Shown: positions 9,531 through 19,242, counted from the first letter of the stretch. The stretch is 64,000 nucleotides of DNA from Sodaliphilus sp. (GCA_963640305.1 CAVHYX010000014.1:6906-70905), one strand, 5' to 3'. A program made the numbers and translations. Notes: generated from the sequence alone by a model not told the origin.

Positions 9531-9746
9531 CTTGCTTACCTCCTCTGTCCGTATATTAACCATGCGATAAAACAATCTTAAATCTTAAAGCATTTTTACG
9601 CCGCCCGCCGTCCCTGTTTTTTCGGCGTACTGCGCATCGGATGACAGCCGAAAAAACCTATATCCTCACGCTGCCGAATATAAGCAAATCCCGCTCTTCT
9701 CACCCCAAATACCGTCCGGCGACCTCCGCCTCCTGTATTTGCTTAG
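9531..9746 (-). promoter_or_regulatory. Structured ~210-nt 5' leader of the dehydratase operon (unclassified)
   Basis: Mutually exclusive helices are readable in the sequence (details in findings). I could not assign it to any known riboswitch class. Confidence 0.4.
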
Positions 9747-9775
9747 ATTATAACATCAACAAAAATACATTTCAA
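9747..9775 (-). promoter_or_regulatory. Sigma-A promoter of the dehydratase/pct operon
   Basis: Minus strand reads TTGAAA-17 nt-TATAAT, with a very AT-rich region upstream (9776-9960). Confidence 0.75.
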
Positions 9776-10137
9776 TAGAAATTGTTAAAAAATTATTTTT
9801 ATTTTGGAAAAATGCGCAAAAAAAGAGGAAATCTGCAAAAACCTCGTTTTTTTGTATACAATATACTTAGTATGCTACCTAACTTCCATGTTTTTTTATA
9901 AAAAATTGTTGTTTTTTGCACAAAATGACTATCGTTTCCCTAAAAAAACCATTTTTCTCCCAACGCTTTGCAAAGCTTTTTCCCTCTCCCGTCTCGGCAA
10001 AACAGAAGAATTTTTAATCCTACCTGTTCTACAGGCTTTCAAATACCTCTCTCGTTCCTATATATTGTTAAAATATATGCAAAAACGCCAACCGATATGT
10101 CCTTCCGTCCGAACCTCTCACGCAAAAAAAGTCCTCC

Positions 10138-11229
10138 TCAGCCTCGATTCCTTTTTTCGGCAATCGCCGCAAGTAGTTCTGCCTCCGTGCGGATGCAAAA
10201 CGGAGAAATTCCCTGCTTTTCCGCCGCCCGCTCCAAAAAACGCAGCAAAAGCGTTGTATAATCACCGTCCTTCGCCTGCATTTTTTTTGCCAGTCTCGGC
10301 AGAATTTTCTCGTTCATTTCCCGCAGCGAGGGTGTTTCTTCCTTTAGAGTATGTTTGCATATCCATTGTAGCGCAAAATACGCCTCTTTCTCGTTCCATT
10401 GCCGGTCAATGTAATATTTTTCTCCCGCCAAGCCGTATAAAAACCGCAGTCCGTCAAAATATCCCAGCCGCAGCAGCCTTCTGCTCTGCGCCGCATCAAA
10501 TTGCAAAATACCGCCCGGCTTCTCTCTCGGCGCAACGGTCAGAATATTTGCGTCTGGCGGAATCTCAATGCGCTTTTCCACGCCTGCCCCGTAAATCCGT
10601 ACCGCGATAATATCTCGGTATCCCCGCGTAAGCAGGCTGTCCAGTGGCAAAATGTTATGCACGCTGCCGTCCACATAATCCTTCCCATCCTGCTTCTCCC
10701 GCCGAAACACTGGCACATACGCGCTCGCCAAAAGCATATCCTGCAACTTTCCCCGCTCCAGCTCGTCCGCATCCAGCTCCACCTCTTTTTTGTCCGTCAG
10801 AGAATAGGTGACGAAAAACAGCTTCCGCGGCGAATTTCTGATTTTTTCCTCATCCACCCATTTCGCAATCAGCCGTCGCAAGGGCGTAATGTCCAGTCCG
10901 CCCTCCCGAATCACGCCGATTGCCTCCGCAAAAAGCGTCTTGATATCCGTCTCCCTCAGCCGATGTCCATAAAGCCTCCCCAGCAGCGCATCGTCCGCGT
11001 CAAATACCGCCGAAAAGGAAATATTCTCCCAAAGCTCAGTTGCCTGCCTAAGCTCCCCCATCACCATCATCGCCCCGTTTAGTGCGCCGACAGAGGTTCC
11101 CGCCACGGCGTCAAAGCGCACGCCCGCCTCGTCCAACGCCCTCCAGACGCCAATCTCATAGGCTCCCCTTGCGCCGCCGCCCTCCAAGGCAATGGCATAG
11201 GTCTTCGATGTGTCCAGCCGCAGCTCCAT
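10138..11229 (-). CDS. Patatin-like phospholipase family protein
   Basis: GGGARGAYEIGV oxyanion motif and GTSVGA serine motif. Confidence 0.85.
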   Translation of the reverse strand: MELRLDTSKTYAIALEGGGARGAYEIGVWRALDEAGVRFDAVAGTSVGALNGAMMVMGELRQATELWENISFSAVFDADDALLGRLYGHRLRETDIKTLFAEAIGVIREGGLDITPLRRLIAKWVDEEKIRNSPRKLFFVTYSLTDKKEVELDADELERGKLQDMLLASAYVPVFRREKQDGKDYVDGSVHNILPLDSLLTRGYRDIIAVRIYGAGVEKRIEIPPDANILTVAPREKPGGILQFDAAQSRRLLRLGYFDGLRFLYGLAGEKYYIDRQWNEKEAYFALQWICKHTLKEETPSLREMNEKILPRLAKKMQAKDGDYTTLLLRFLERAAEKQGISPFCIRTEAELLAAIAEKRNRG

Positions 11230-11244
11230 TTTCTCACCTCAGCT

Positions 11245-12645
11245 TTATTCGTTCAACGCCGCCAATGCCGCCTGTATCACCTTTCCAGCAATCGGTGTCG
11301 CGCTGCCGGTATTGGCATCCTCAATCAAAACCGCAACCGCAACCTGTGGGTTTTCCGCCGGTGCAAAGCCGATAAACCAGCTATGGTCGTTTCCCGTCGC
11401 ATTCTCCGCCGTTCCGGTTTTCCCCGCTACCGTTACACCGCTGACAGCAGCCGCCCGTCCGGTTCCCTCGGAAACCACCGCCGTCATCATCTCCGTCAGC
11501 AACGCCGCCGTCTCCGCAGAGCAAATATCCGCCAGCTTTTCGGGAACGGTATTCTTCGCCTCCGTTCCATCGGGATAAACCAAGTGATCCACAATATACG
11601 GCTGCATCATCCTGCCACCATTCGCAATCGCCGCGGCAAGCATCGCCATATAAAGCGGCGTCACGCTCGTTCTCCCCTGTCCAATGGCAGTCTCGACCAG
11701 TTCACTCTCCGTTGCGCCCCGTGTCAGAGAAATGCTGTTTCGGCTCGTTTCCAGCTCAAAATGGCTGTCCGCATCCATCCCGACCTGCCGCATGGTCTTC
11801 GCCAGCGTGCCAGCGCCGATTTCCTCCGCCAGCGCCGCAAAATAGCAGTTGCAGGAAACCGCCAAGGCCTGCTTCATATCCACCGTGCCGTGTGCCTTAT
11901 TATTGTAGCAATGAATGACCTTATCCTGAAATTCTCTTTCTCCCGTACATTCCACCGTAAAGCCTTCCCAATCCGGCAAATTTTCTATCCCAGCCAGCGC
12001 CGTCACCGTCTTAAAGGTAGACCCCGGCGGATACAGCCCCTGTGTTGCACGATTCACCAGCGGACTGTTTTTATCCTCCTTTAATGTATCCCACTGTGCC
12101 TCCACCGTATTCGGGTCAAAATCAGGATAGGCCTGCAATGCAAGGATGCGCCCCGTAGAAGGCTCGATTGCCACAATCGCACCCTTTCTGCTGCCCAAAA
12201 GATTCCCCGCCGTTGTCTGAATATCCATATCCACCGTCAATGCAACGCTGTTGCCCTGCAATGCCGTTTTACGCACCACGTGACTGATGCGCTGGAGCAA
12301 TTCATTCTGCAATTTCATCAGCGCAAAATTCTCCGCCGCCTCTACGCCGGTCTTCCCAACGCTACTGTATCCCGTAATATGCGCCGCCATGCGTCCGCGT
12401 GGATATTCTCTTTCATACCCGCCGTCCTCCGTAGCGGTGCTTGTTGCGAGAATTTCTCCGTCCCGATCCAGAATATCCCCTCGCTTAATGCTTTCGTCCA
12501 CATAGCGGAGTCTGCTGTTATAGGTATTCCCGGAAATCTCCTCTCTATCCACAAGAACCAGCTTTCCAAGGTAACCCAGCAAAAGGAAAAAGCACAGAGC
12601 CAAAAGCCAGAATACGCGGCGCACACTTCGTTTCATGTTATTCAT
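11245..12645 (-). CDS. Penicillin-binding protein 2-type peptidoglycan D,D-transpeptidase
   Basis: Transpeptidase motifs STFK and KTGT. Start MNNMKRS has GGAGG 8 nt upstream and overlaps the ftsW/rodA stop. Confidence 0.85.
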   Translation of the reverse strand: MNNMKRSVRRVFWLLALCFFLLLGYLGKLVLVDREEISGNTYNSRLRYVDESIKRGDILDRDGEILATSTATEDGGYEREYPRGRMAAHITGYSSVGKTGVEAAENFALMKLQNELLQRISHVVRKTALQGNSVALTVDMDIQTTAGNLLGSRKGAIVAIEPSTGRILALQAYPDFDPNTVEAQWDTLKEDKNSPLVNRATQGLYPPGSTFKTVTALAGIENLPDWEGFTVECTGEREFQDKVIHCYNNKAHGTVDMKQALAVSCNCYFAALAEEIGAGTLAKTMRQVGMDADSHFELETSRNSISLTRGATESELVETAIGQGRTSVTPLYMAMLAAAIANGGRMMQPYIVDHLVYPDGTEAKNTVPEKLADICSAETAALLTEMMTAVVSEGTGRAAAVSGVTVAGKTGTAENATGNDHSWFIGFAPAENPQVAVAVLIEDANTGSATPIAGKVIQAALAALNE

Positions 12646-14011
12646 AAGCACCGCCTCCCGTCTCTGCCTCCAAAAGCTCCTCCTGTGCACGCTGCTCGCA
12701 GTAAACACATACCCATTGCAAAAGTCCCATCATCATCAGACTGACCAAAACAGAGCTGCCGCCATAGCTGACAAAGGGCAGTGTAACCCCCGTCAAAGGA
12801 ATCACCTTCAGCACACCGCCCAAAATCACAAATGCCTGAAAGGAAATCATTGTTGTCACGCCTATCGCCAAAATGCTGTAGTATCTTCTGTTGCAATCTA
12901 AAGCAATGCGCACCCCGCGGTAGAGCAGCATAATAAAAATACCAATCAGCCCCGCGCCGAAGATTGCGCCGAATTCCTCGCAGATTGCCGAGAAAATCAT
13001 ATCGCTTTCCACAACAGGAATACTTTTCGGCATCCCCTTGGTAAGCCCGCTGCCAAAAAGCCCCCATGTCGTAATTGCAAAAAGAGAGCTGACAATTTGG
13101 TATCCCCCCGCGTCAATATCCGCCCAAGGGTTCTGCCATGCCGCTACGCGCACCTGCACATGGGAAAACAGCTTATATGCCCCGATTGCCGCAATGCTTG
13201 CCGCGCCCATCCCCAAAAAGAAGAGAAATTCATTCGCCGTCGCAATATACAGCATCACCAGATAGGTCATAAAAAAAATCAATGCGCTGCCCAAATCCCT
13301 CTGCAAAACCAAAAGCAAAACCAGACCGGCACTCAAGATGCCCGTTGTCAAAAACTGCTTCCACTCCACCCGTTTGCGGAACACACTCGCCAGATAGAAA
13401 ATGAACAGAAATTTCGCAATCTCCGAGGGCTGGAAGGTAATATGCTCCCCAATGGCCAGCCAGTTGGTTGAGCCGCCCTTCGCCACGCCGAAAAAGCGTG
13501 TAGATAAAAGCAGCACATAGCATCCGATGATATAGCCCCATTCAAACCGCTCAAATCTTGGAATCCAACGGAAAAAGGTCGGCAATGCCGACATCCCCAA
13601 AAGCCCAAGGCACATCCACAAAAGCTGTCTGTGCGCCAAGGCCGGCTCCACCCGCTGCAAAATAATCAGGCTGACCTCCATCAAAAACAGCATCCCCGTC
13701 CAAATCAGGGGGCAACCCTCATAATAAAACCGATCTAAAAGCTTCACGGCAAAAATCAAAAACAATAGCACCAGCGCACCAAAAATCAATGTCTGTACAT
13801 CAAACAAATACGTCTCCCGATTATAGCTCAAAATCAAAAATGCCGTCAAATGCATCAAAATAATAATGCGCCGCTGTATGGATACCGCCGTATACGGATT
13901 CCCCAGAAAGCCCCCCTGCTCATAGGCAACATAAACCACGCCCTGCCACAAAAACAGGACAATATAGAAAACAAATAGATACCTGCTCAGCATTATGATT
14001 AAATCAAACAT
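12638..14011 (-). CDS. FtsW/RodA/SpoVE family peptidoglycan glycosyltransferase
   Basis: Polytopic membrane protein with a SEDS-type C-terminal region (TGVTLPFVSYGGSS). Confidence 0.85.
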   Translation of the reverse strand: MFDLIIMLSRYLFVFYIVLFLWQGVVYVAYEQGGFLGNPYTAVSIQRRIIILMHLTAFLILSYNRETYLFDVQTLIFGALVLLFLIFAVKLLDRFYYEGCPLIWTGMLFLMEVSLIILQRVEPALAHRQLLWMCLGLLGMSALPTFFRWIPRFERFEWGYIIGCYVLLLSTRFFGVAKGGSTNWLAIGEHITFQPSEIAKFLFIFYLASVFRKRVEWKQFLTTGILSAGLVLLLVLQRDLGSALIFFMTYLVMLYIATANEFLFFLGMGAASIAAIGAYKLFSHVQVRVAAWQNPWADIDAGGYQIVSSLFAITTWGLFGSGLTKGMPKSIPVVESDMIFSAICEEFGAIFGAGLIGIFIMLLYRGVRIALDCNRRYYSILAIGVTTMISFQAFVILGGVLKVIPLTGVTLPFVSYGGSSVLVSLMMMGLLQWVCVYCEQRAQEELLEAETGGGAYE

Positions 14012-14017
14012 TTCCCA

Positions 14018-16444
14018 TCACTCCACTCCGCGGAAGAAATGCCCCTTCGTGCTGCCCTTTTCGCGCATTTCGTTCAAAAGCCTGCTCGTCGATGGACTCA
14101 CGCGATCCACATCTGCCGTCAGCACGCCGTAAGCCCTTGCAATTCGCGCCGTCCGAACCGGCCCCTCCATGGTAAAGTCCATGCGTACCATTCCCGTTGT
14201 GCTTTCCAAGATTTCATCGTAAAATTTCAGTGTAAACAAGGGCTTGCCGTTCAAAATCGTACAAACACAGCGGTCGCAATCCAACAGCAAGGGGAATTTT
14301 ACCCCTTTTCTGTCTCTGAGGAAATATAAATCCTCGTTCCCGCGCTCCGTACAGAATTTGTGTCCGTCCTTCCCGCCAACATAATTCCCAATCGGGCATT
14401 GCTGCGTTTTCATCAAAGGCAAATACCCATAAACCACCATCTCGCAGTCCCTGTCACCCATCCGGTTGATTTCCTGCAAATTCGCCTCCACAGAAAGGCA
14501 AACATTGTCCGCCCCCTCTGCCTTCCAAAATTCCACCGCAGCGCGGTTCATGACATTCAAACTGTAATCTATGACAATTTTCTTGCCGCTGTGCTTCACC
14601 TGTGCAAATTGTCCCGCCGTCCGCACCAAAAATCCGTCAATATCTCCCACAATCAGACGGTCGATGAGAAGCTGTTCCGTCTCGGCCTCCCATTCTCTCG
14701 CCACACGAGGCAACGCCGCATAAAGCTCCACGCCCGCCTCTCGACATCTCGCCGCAATTTTCGCGAAATTCTGCTCCGGATTCATCGCCTCATAATATAC
14801 ACGGCGAACCTCCTTCGACTGCAAAACGGCATCCAACTGTCCCATGCTCGCCACAACCGCCGTCAGCTTTTTTTGCATCTGCAAGGGCTGCTCCTCGTGC
14901 TCCTCATAAAAAATACCGTCTCGTGCCTTGCGTTTCGTTTTTTTCAGAATCGCCGCCGCCAATGCCTCGCAGGCATCGCGCCGCACACGGTTCACCTCGC
15001 TCACATTCACGTAAATATACGGGTCGATGTCCGTCTGCAAATCCACCAGCATAAAGGGTGTCGCACCCATCTTTCCGATGTTTTCCCTAAGCTTCATCGG
15101 CAGCATCGGGGCGCTGCCCGCCGCCTCAACCACGCTCCCGCTGATAAACACACTGCTCCCGTCGTTGTCCCAAAGCTGCAAGGAGAGCGGTTCGCCCTCC
15201 TTTGCCCGCAGCATCCCGTAAATCGGCAGCCTCCGCGTATCCTTTTCGTATGTTTTTTTCAGCTCATCCTGTAGCGCCTTCCCGAAGGTGCGGTAAACTA
15301 CATCGTTTTTCTGAATCTCCCCAGCAAGGGTAATCGTAATAACCTCCCCCGCCTTGGATTGCTTGGAAACATTCGTCCCTACGTGCGGCTCCGTCTGCGT
15401 CCAAATCTCCAGTCCGTCCCCGGGAACCAAGGGCTCCCTCGTCCGAATCGTTACCTTTTTATGCTGAGGCAAATATTTATCTACGATCCCAACCTTCAAG
15501 CCCCAAGACTTCGGGCGTTCCACGCTCATCATCTCTCGCCCCGCAAAGGCAGTGTAATACCCCTCCGTAAAGCCACCACGGTTGAAAAGCTGCCGCAACT
15601 CCTTTACATCCGCAGGGTCTACCGCATATCCCGCCGGATTTTCAAAATATAAATTCATATATTTGCGGTAAATCCGCGTGACCCCCGCCACATATTCCGG
15701 GCTTTTCATCCTTCCTTCAATTTTTAGGGAAGCGATTCCTGCCTCCAAAAGCTGTGGCAAAATCTCCAGCGCCATCATATCCTTCGGAGAAAGCAAATAT
15801 CCCTCCGCCATCGCCTCCGTCTCCCTGTAAAGCGTATAGGGCAGGCGGCAGGGCTGTGCGCAGCGTCCGCGATTGCCACTTCTTCCGCCCAGCATACTGC
15901 TCATAATGCACTGCCCGGAATAGCAAACGCAAAGCGCCCCATGCACAAACGTCTCGATTTCCGCCTCGGTGTTCTCCGTAATCTGTCGGATTTCCTCCAA
16001 AGAAAGCTCCCTGCTCAGCACGATTTTATCAAACCCCAAGCTCTCCCAATAGCGTACATCCGCCAGAGAATTACAGGTCATCTGCGTGCTTGCGTGCAGG
16101 GGAAAATCAGGAAAATGCGTCCGAATCAGCGCCGCCGCACCCGCATCCTGCAAAATCAGGGCATCCACGCCCATCTCGTACAGCTGCCCGATGTAGCGCA
16201 AAAGCGCCGCAAGCTCCGCATCCTTGTAAATCGTATTCACCGTAACATATACCCGCACCCCCCGCAGGTGACAATAATCGCAGGCCTCCTCCAGCTCCCT
16301 GCAATCAAAATTCCCCGCATATTGCCTTGCGCCAAACTGCTTTCCACCCAAATAAACCGCATCACAGCCGCTATTCACCGCCGCCTTCAAGCTCTCCATA
16401 GAGCCTGCCGGAGAAAGCAGCTCCGCTCGATTGTTTACAGACAT
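14018..16444 (-). CDS. U32 family peptidase-like protein (long form, 808 aa)
   Basis: N-terminal ELLSPAGS...AVYLGG and a central U32 signature region (E.F.HGALC..YSG.C). Confidence 0.8.
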   Translation of the reverse strand: MSVNNRAELLSPAGSMESLKAAVNSGCDAVYLGGKQFGARQYAGNFDCRELEEACDYCHLRGVRVYVTVNTIYKDAELAALLRYIGQLYEMGVDALILQDAGAAALIRTHFPDFPLHASTQMTCNSLADVRYWESLGFDKIVLSRELSLEEIRQITENTEAEIETFVHGALCVCYSGQCIMSSMLGGRSGNRGRCAQPCRLPYTLYRETEAMAEGYLLSPKDMMALEILPQLLEAGIASLKIEGRMKSPEYVAGVTRIYRKYMNLYFENPAGYAVDPADVKELRQLFNRGGFTEGYYTAFAGREMMSVERPKSWGLKVGIVDKYLPQHKKVTIRTREPLVPGDGLEIWTQTEPHVGTNVSKQSKAGEVITITLAGEIQKNDVVYRTFGKALQDELKKTYEKDTRRLPIYGMLRAKEGEPLSLQLWDNDGSSVFISGSVVEAAGSAPMLPMKLRENIGKMGATPFMLVDLQTDIDPYIYVNVSEVNRVRRDACEALAAAILKKTKRKARDGIFYEEHEEQPLQMQKKLTAVVASMGQLDAVLQSKEVRRVYYEAMNPEQNFAKIAARCREAGVELYAALPRVAREWEAETEQLLIDRLIVGDIDGFLVRTAGQFAQVKHSGKKIVIDYSLNVMNRAAVEFWKAEGADNVCLSVEANLQEINRMGDRDCEMVVYGYLPLMKTQQCPIGNYVGGKDGHKFCTERGNEDLYFLRDRKGVKFPLLLDCDRCVCTILNGKPLFTLKFYDEILESTTGMVRMDFTMEGPVRTARIARAYGVLTADVDRVSPSTSRLLNEMREKGSTKGHFFRGVE

Positions 16445-16477
16445 AACCGTCTCCTTTCTCGCGCCGCTCCCGTCTAT

Positions 16478-16508
16478 GAAAAGAAAAGAGCAAACCTCTC
16501 GGTTGCCC
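16478..16508 (-). terminator. Intrinsic terminator or attenuator between zapA and the U32 gene
   Basis: Stem GGGCAACC/GGTTTGCTC with a GAGA tetraloop, followed by TTTTCTTTT on the minus strand. Confidence 0.55.
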
Positions 16509-16523
16509 GAATCTTGTTTTCTG

Positions 16524-16856
16524 TCATTTCCTTGCCGCCGCGTCCGAATGCTTCTCTGCGGCAGCCTGCTCCGCCGCCTCCGCTCGGTGCGTCAATTCCT
16601 GCATCCTTGCCGTAAACCCCAAAAGTCTGCCCTCCAGCTCCGCCGTATGCGCCTTTTCCTTAAAATAGTCATCCGCCACATTCAGGGCAGTCAGCACATA
16701 AGCCAGCCCGGGGTCCGAAAAATCAGCCGTTTTTTCCCGCATCTCCTTTAATTTCGTATCAATATACTCCGCCACAGCACGGATATGCTCCTCCGATTCC
16801 TCGCCAAGCAGCGTAAAGCCCTTTCCATCAATGAAAACCTTCACTCTGTTTTTCAT
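16524..16856 (-). CDS. zapA: Cell division protein ZapA
   Basis: 110 aa. The N-terminus VKVFIDGKGFTL and the coiled-coil C-terminus are typical of ZapA. Confidence 0.8.
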   Translation of the reverse strand: MKNRVKVFIDGKGFTLLGEESEEHIRAVAEYIDTKLKEMREKTADFSDPGLAYVLTALNVADDYFKEKAHTAELEGRLLGFTARMQELTHRAEAAEQAAAEKHSDAAARK

Positions 16857-16904
16857 CCGGTCGCACTCCCTCTCATGGTTTTTCCTTTGTCATATTTATC
16901 TGTA

Positions 16905-16933
16905 AGTATATCACAAATGCCCTCTCGAGGAAA
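16905..16933 (-). promoter_or_regulatory. Candidate extended -10 promoter of zapA
   Basis: TGaTATACT extended -10 with a weak -35 (TTTCCT) at 17 nt. Confidence 0.4.
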
Positions 16934-17031
16934 CTGATTTTTTTGTGCCCCCTCGCTACTCCATCCCCGCAGACAAGCTCGCAGCGCTTCCGTCTCGCCG
17001 CCGAAATCCTTTTTGCGACAAAGCGCCTGCT

Positions 17032-17361
17032 TTACCGCTCCACCACAACAGTCAGCAAGACCAAGTCCTCGTCTCCGCTATTTTCAATGCTGTGTGTATA
17101 TCCCTTCCTGCAAATATGGCAGACTCCCGCGCTGAGGTATTCCTCCTGTCCATTACAAACCGCCTTGCCCCTGCCTGAAATCACATAATTCATATCATCA
17201 CTTGTCTCATGCCGATGCAGCCCGATTGAACCCCCCGGGTGAATCGCGCACAAAATCATTTTTTCCTGCTCACCCATGTACATTCTCACCGTCATCGTCC
17301 CGGCTCCGCCATTCCTCCCCGGCACGGTAATTACCTCTGTTTCATTCAAATCAATCCGCAT
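17032..17361 (-). CDS. Cupin domain protein
   Basis: Cupin His motif (GGSIGLHRHE...). Start MRIDLNE at 17361 has GGAGGAG 6 nt upstream. Confidence 0.7.
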   Translation of the reverse strand: MRIDLNETEVITVPGRNGGAGTMTVRMYMGEQEKMILCAIHPGGSIGLHRHETSDDMNYVISGRGKAVCNGQEEYLSAGVCHICRKGYTHSIENSGDEDLVLLTVVVER

Positions 17362-17594
17362 ATTCTTCTCCTCCAAAGCTTGTTGTTCTCCGGATATTCT
17401 CTCATGGCTTAACACATTTTCTCTCACGCCCCGCTTTTATAGAAAAAAAGAAAGGCTTCCTCTAATGAAAAAATAGAAAAAGCCTTATTTTGATACAGAA
17501 ACGTCGTTTTTTCCGCAAATCAAAAATCCCCGCAACGGGAATCCGCTTCACCGAACGGTGACGGAGCAAGGAAAACCTCGCTTCGGCGGGCTCT

Positions 17595-18542
17595 TCACCC
17601 TTTTCCCGCTTTGTACTCTTTTCTCCGTTCCCTGTCCTGCGCCGCCTTCGCCGCTTCCTTCGCCGCCTTTCTCTCCCGCATACCGTCAATATCCTCCGGC
17701 AACTCCAAGGTCAGCCGTCCCAGCTTTCCCGCACGATATTCGTCCAGCAAAATCTTTCCCGTGCGCTCCAAGTCCGGCTCGCCGCCCTTTTTCTTGAACC
17801 CACGAGAGATGGCAATCTCCTCCAAAATATCATGCGGTGTCGCAGTCATATCAAAGTCGATGCCATACCGCTTCCGCAGACAGTCCGCGTTGCGGGCAAG
17901 CATATGTCGGATAAAAGCAATCGCCAGATTCTCCGGGTCAAGAATATCATCATTGATTGCCCCCGTAAACGCCAGCAAAAGCCCCACCTGCTCATCCTCA
18001 AACTTCGGCCAGAGTATCCCCGGTGTGTCCAAAAGCTCAAAGTCCTTTTTCAGCTTAATCCACTGCTTGCCGCGGGTCACGCCGGGCTTATCCCCCGTCT
18101 TTGCCGTTGCCTTCCCCACATATTTGTTGATAAATGTGGATTTTCCCACGTTCGGAATTCCGACAATCATGCTGCGAATCGGCACATTGATGCGCCCCTT
18201 CGCCTTCAGCCGCTCGATTTTCTCCCGCATCAGCTCCCGTGCCGTCTCTGTTACCTCGCCCAAACCGCTGCCCTTCAGCGCATTGATGTGTATCACGCGA
18301 AAGCCCTGCTTCTCGAAATATTCCTGCCAAATATCCGTTGCCCGCTCCTCCGCCAAGTCGCATTTATTCAAAAGCAAAATGCGGTGCTTAGTCTTCGCAA
18401 GCGTATCCAAATCCGGATTTTTACTGCTGTATGGGATTCTTGCATCCACCAGCTCAATGACAATATCCACCAGTGACAGATTCTCCTCCATCATCCTGCG
18501 CGTCTTCGTCATATGCCCGGGATACCATTGAATGTTGTTCAT
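17595..18542 (-). CDS. rbgA: Ribosome biogenesis GTPase A (YlqF/RbgA)
   Basis: IQWYPGHM and circularly permuted GTPase motifs (NKCDL ... GIPNVGKST). Lys/Glu-rich C-terminal tail. The alternative start is at 18578. Confidence 0.85.
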   Translation of the reverse strand: MNNIQWYPGHMTKTRRMMEENLSLVDIVIELVDARIPYSSKNPDLDTLAKTKHRILLLNKCDLAEERATDIWQEYFEKQGFRVIHINALKGSGLGEVTETARELMREKIERLKAKGRINVPIRSMIVGIPNVGKSTFINKYVGKATAKTGDKPGVTRGKQWIKLKKDFELLDTPGILWPKFEDEQVGLLLAFTGAINDDILDPENLAIAFIRHMLARNADCLRKRYGIDFDMTATPHDILEEIAISRGFKKKGGEPDLERTGKILLDEYRAGKLGRLTLELPEDIDGMRERKAAKEAAKAAQDRERRKEYKAGKG

Positions 18543-18555
18543 AGCGTCCCCCTTC

Positions 18556-19134
18556 TTATCCAATCCGTCCAAAGTCACTGAAAGGATACAGACGGAATAC
18601 CACCTTGCCCATCAAATCCTTCTTCGCAATCGCACCAACCGATTCCCTGCGGCTGTCGGAGCTTGCATTTCTGTTGTCTCCCATGACAAAATAGCTGTTC
18701 TCAGGGACGGTATACGGGTATTCCTGCGTCCCTTTGCTGTCCATCGGCTCCTTGATATACTCCTCCGTCACTGCCTCGCCGTTGCGATATAAGGTATATG
18801 TCTCTCCATCCACATTCTCTCTGATGTCGATTTCATCCCCCGGCAGCCCGATGATGCGCTTAATGAGGTTCTTTCCTTCATCCTCCATGCGGCAAATCAC
18901 AACATCGCCCCGCTTCGGTGTCCCGAGAGAGGTACTCAGCTTATTGATAAATACCAAATCTCCGTGATGAAAATTCGGCTCCATGGATGTCCCCTTCACC
19001 AGCACTGTCCCCACCGTATTCCGTAGCACCAGCACCACCAAAGCCAGAAGAATCAGCTGCACCGGCAGGGGCATCCCCTTCTTCTGTGTCCTGCTTCTTC
19101 TCTCGACGATTTCTTTTCTTTGCTCCTCTGCCAT
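18556..19134 (-). CDS. lepB: Signal peptidase I
   Basis: GTSMEP and GDNRNASSDSR catalytic boxes. Confidence 0.9.
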   Translation of the reverse strand: MAEEQRKEIVERRSRTQKKGMPLPVQLILLALVVLVLRNTVGTVLVKGTSMEPNFHHGDLVFINKLSTSLGTPKRGDVVICRMEDEGKNLIKRIIGLPGDEIDIRENVDGETYTLYRNGEAVTEEYIKEPMDSKGTQEYPYTVPENSYFVMGDNRNASSDSRRESVGAIAKKDLMGKVVFRLYPFSDFGRIG

Positions 19135-19209
19135 TGCAGTCCCTCCTTTTGCGGAAAATCTTTCCTGATACCTTCCCTTTCCTCATACCGCCCTTGTACC
19201 GCCTTCACG

Positions 19210-19242
19210 AAAAAAGTCCCGATGAAATTTGTTCATCGAGAC
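19210..19242 (-). terminator. Intrinsic terminator after rplS
   Basis: 11-bp stem GTCTCGATGAA/TTCATCGGGAC, followed by TTTTTT on the minus strand. Confidence 0.75.

Noticed and set aside
9617-9656. TTTTTTCGGC...GCCGAAAAAA hairpin as an intrinsic terminator.
   Set aside because: In both orientations the T-run precedes the stem and an A-run follows it, so it cannot act as a canonical terminator. I kept it only as part of the leader structure.
9804-10610. A 268-aa plus-strand ORF spanning the AT-rich intergenic region and running into the patatin gene.
   Set aside because: It starts in promoter-like AT-rich DNA, has low-complexity translation, and is antisense to a well-supported patatin CDS.
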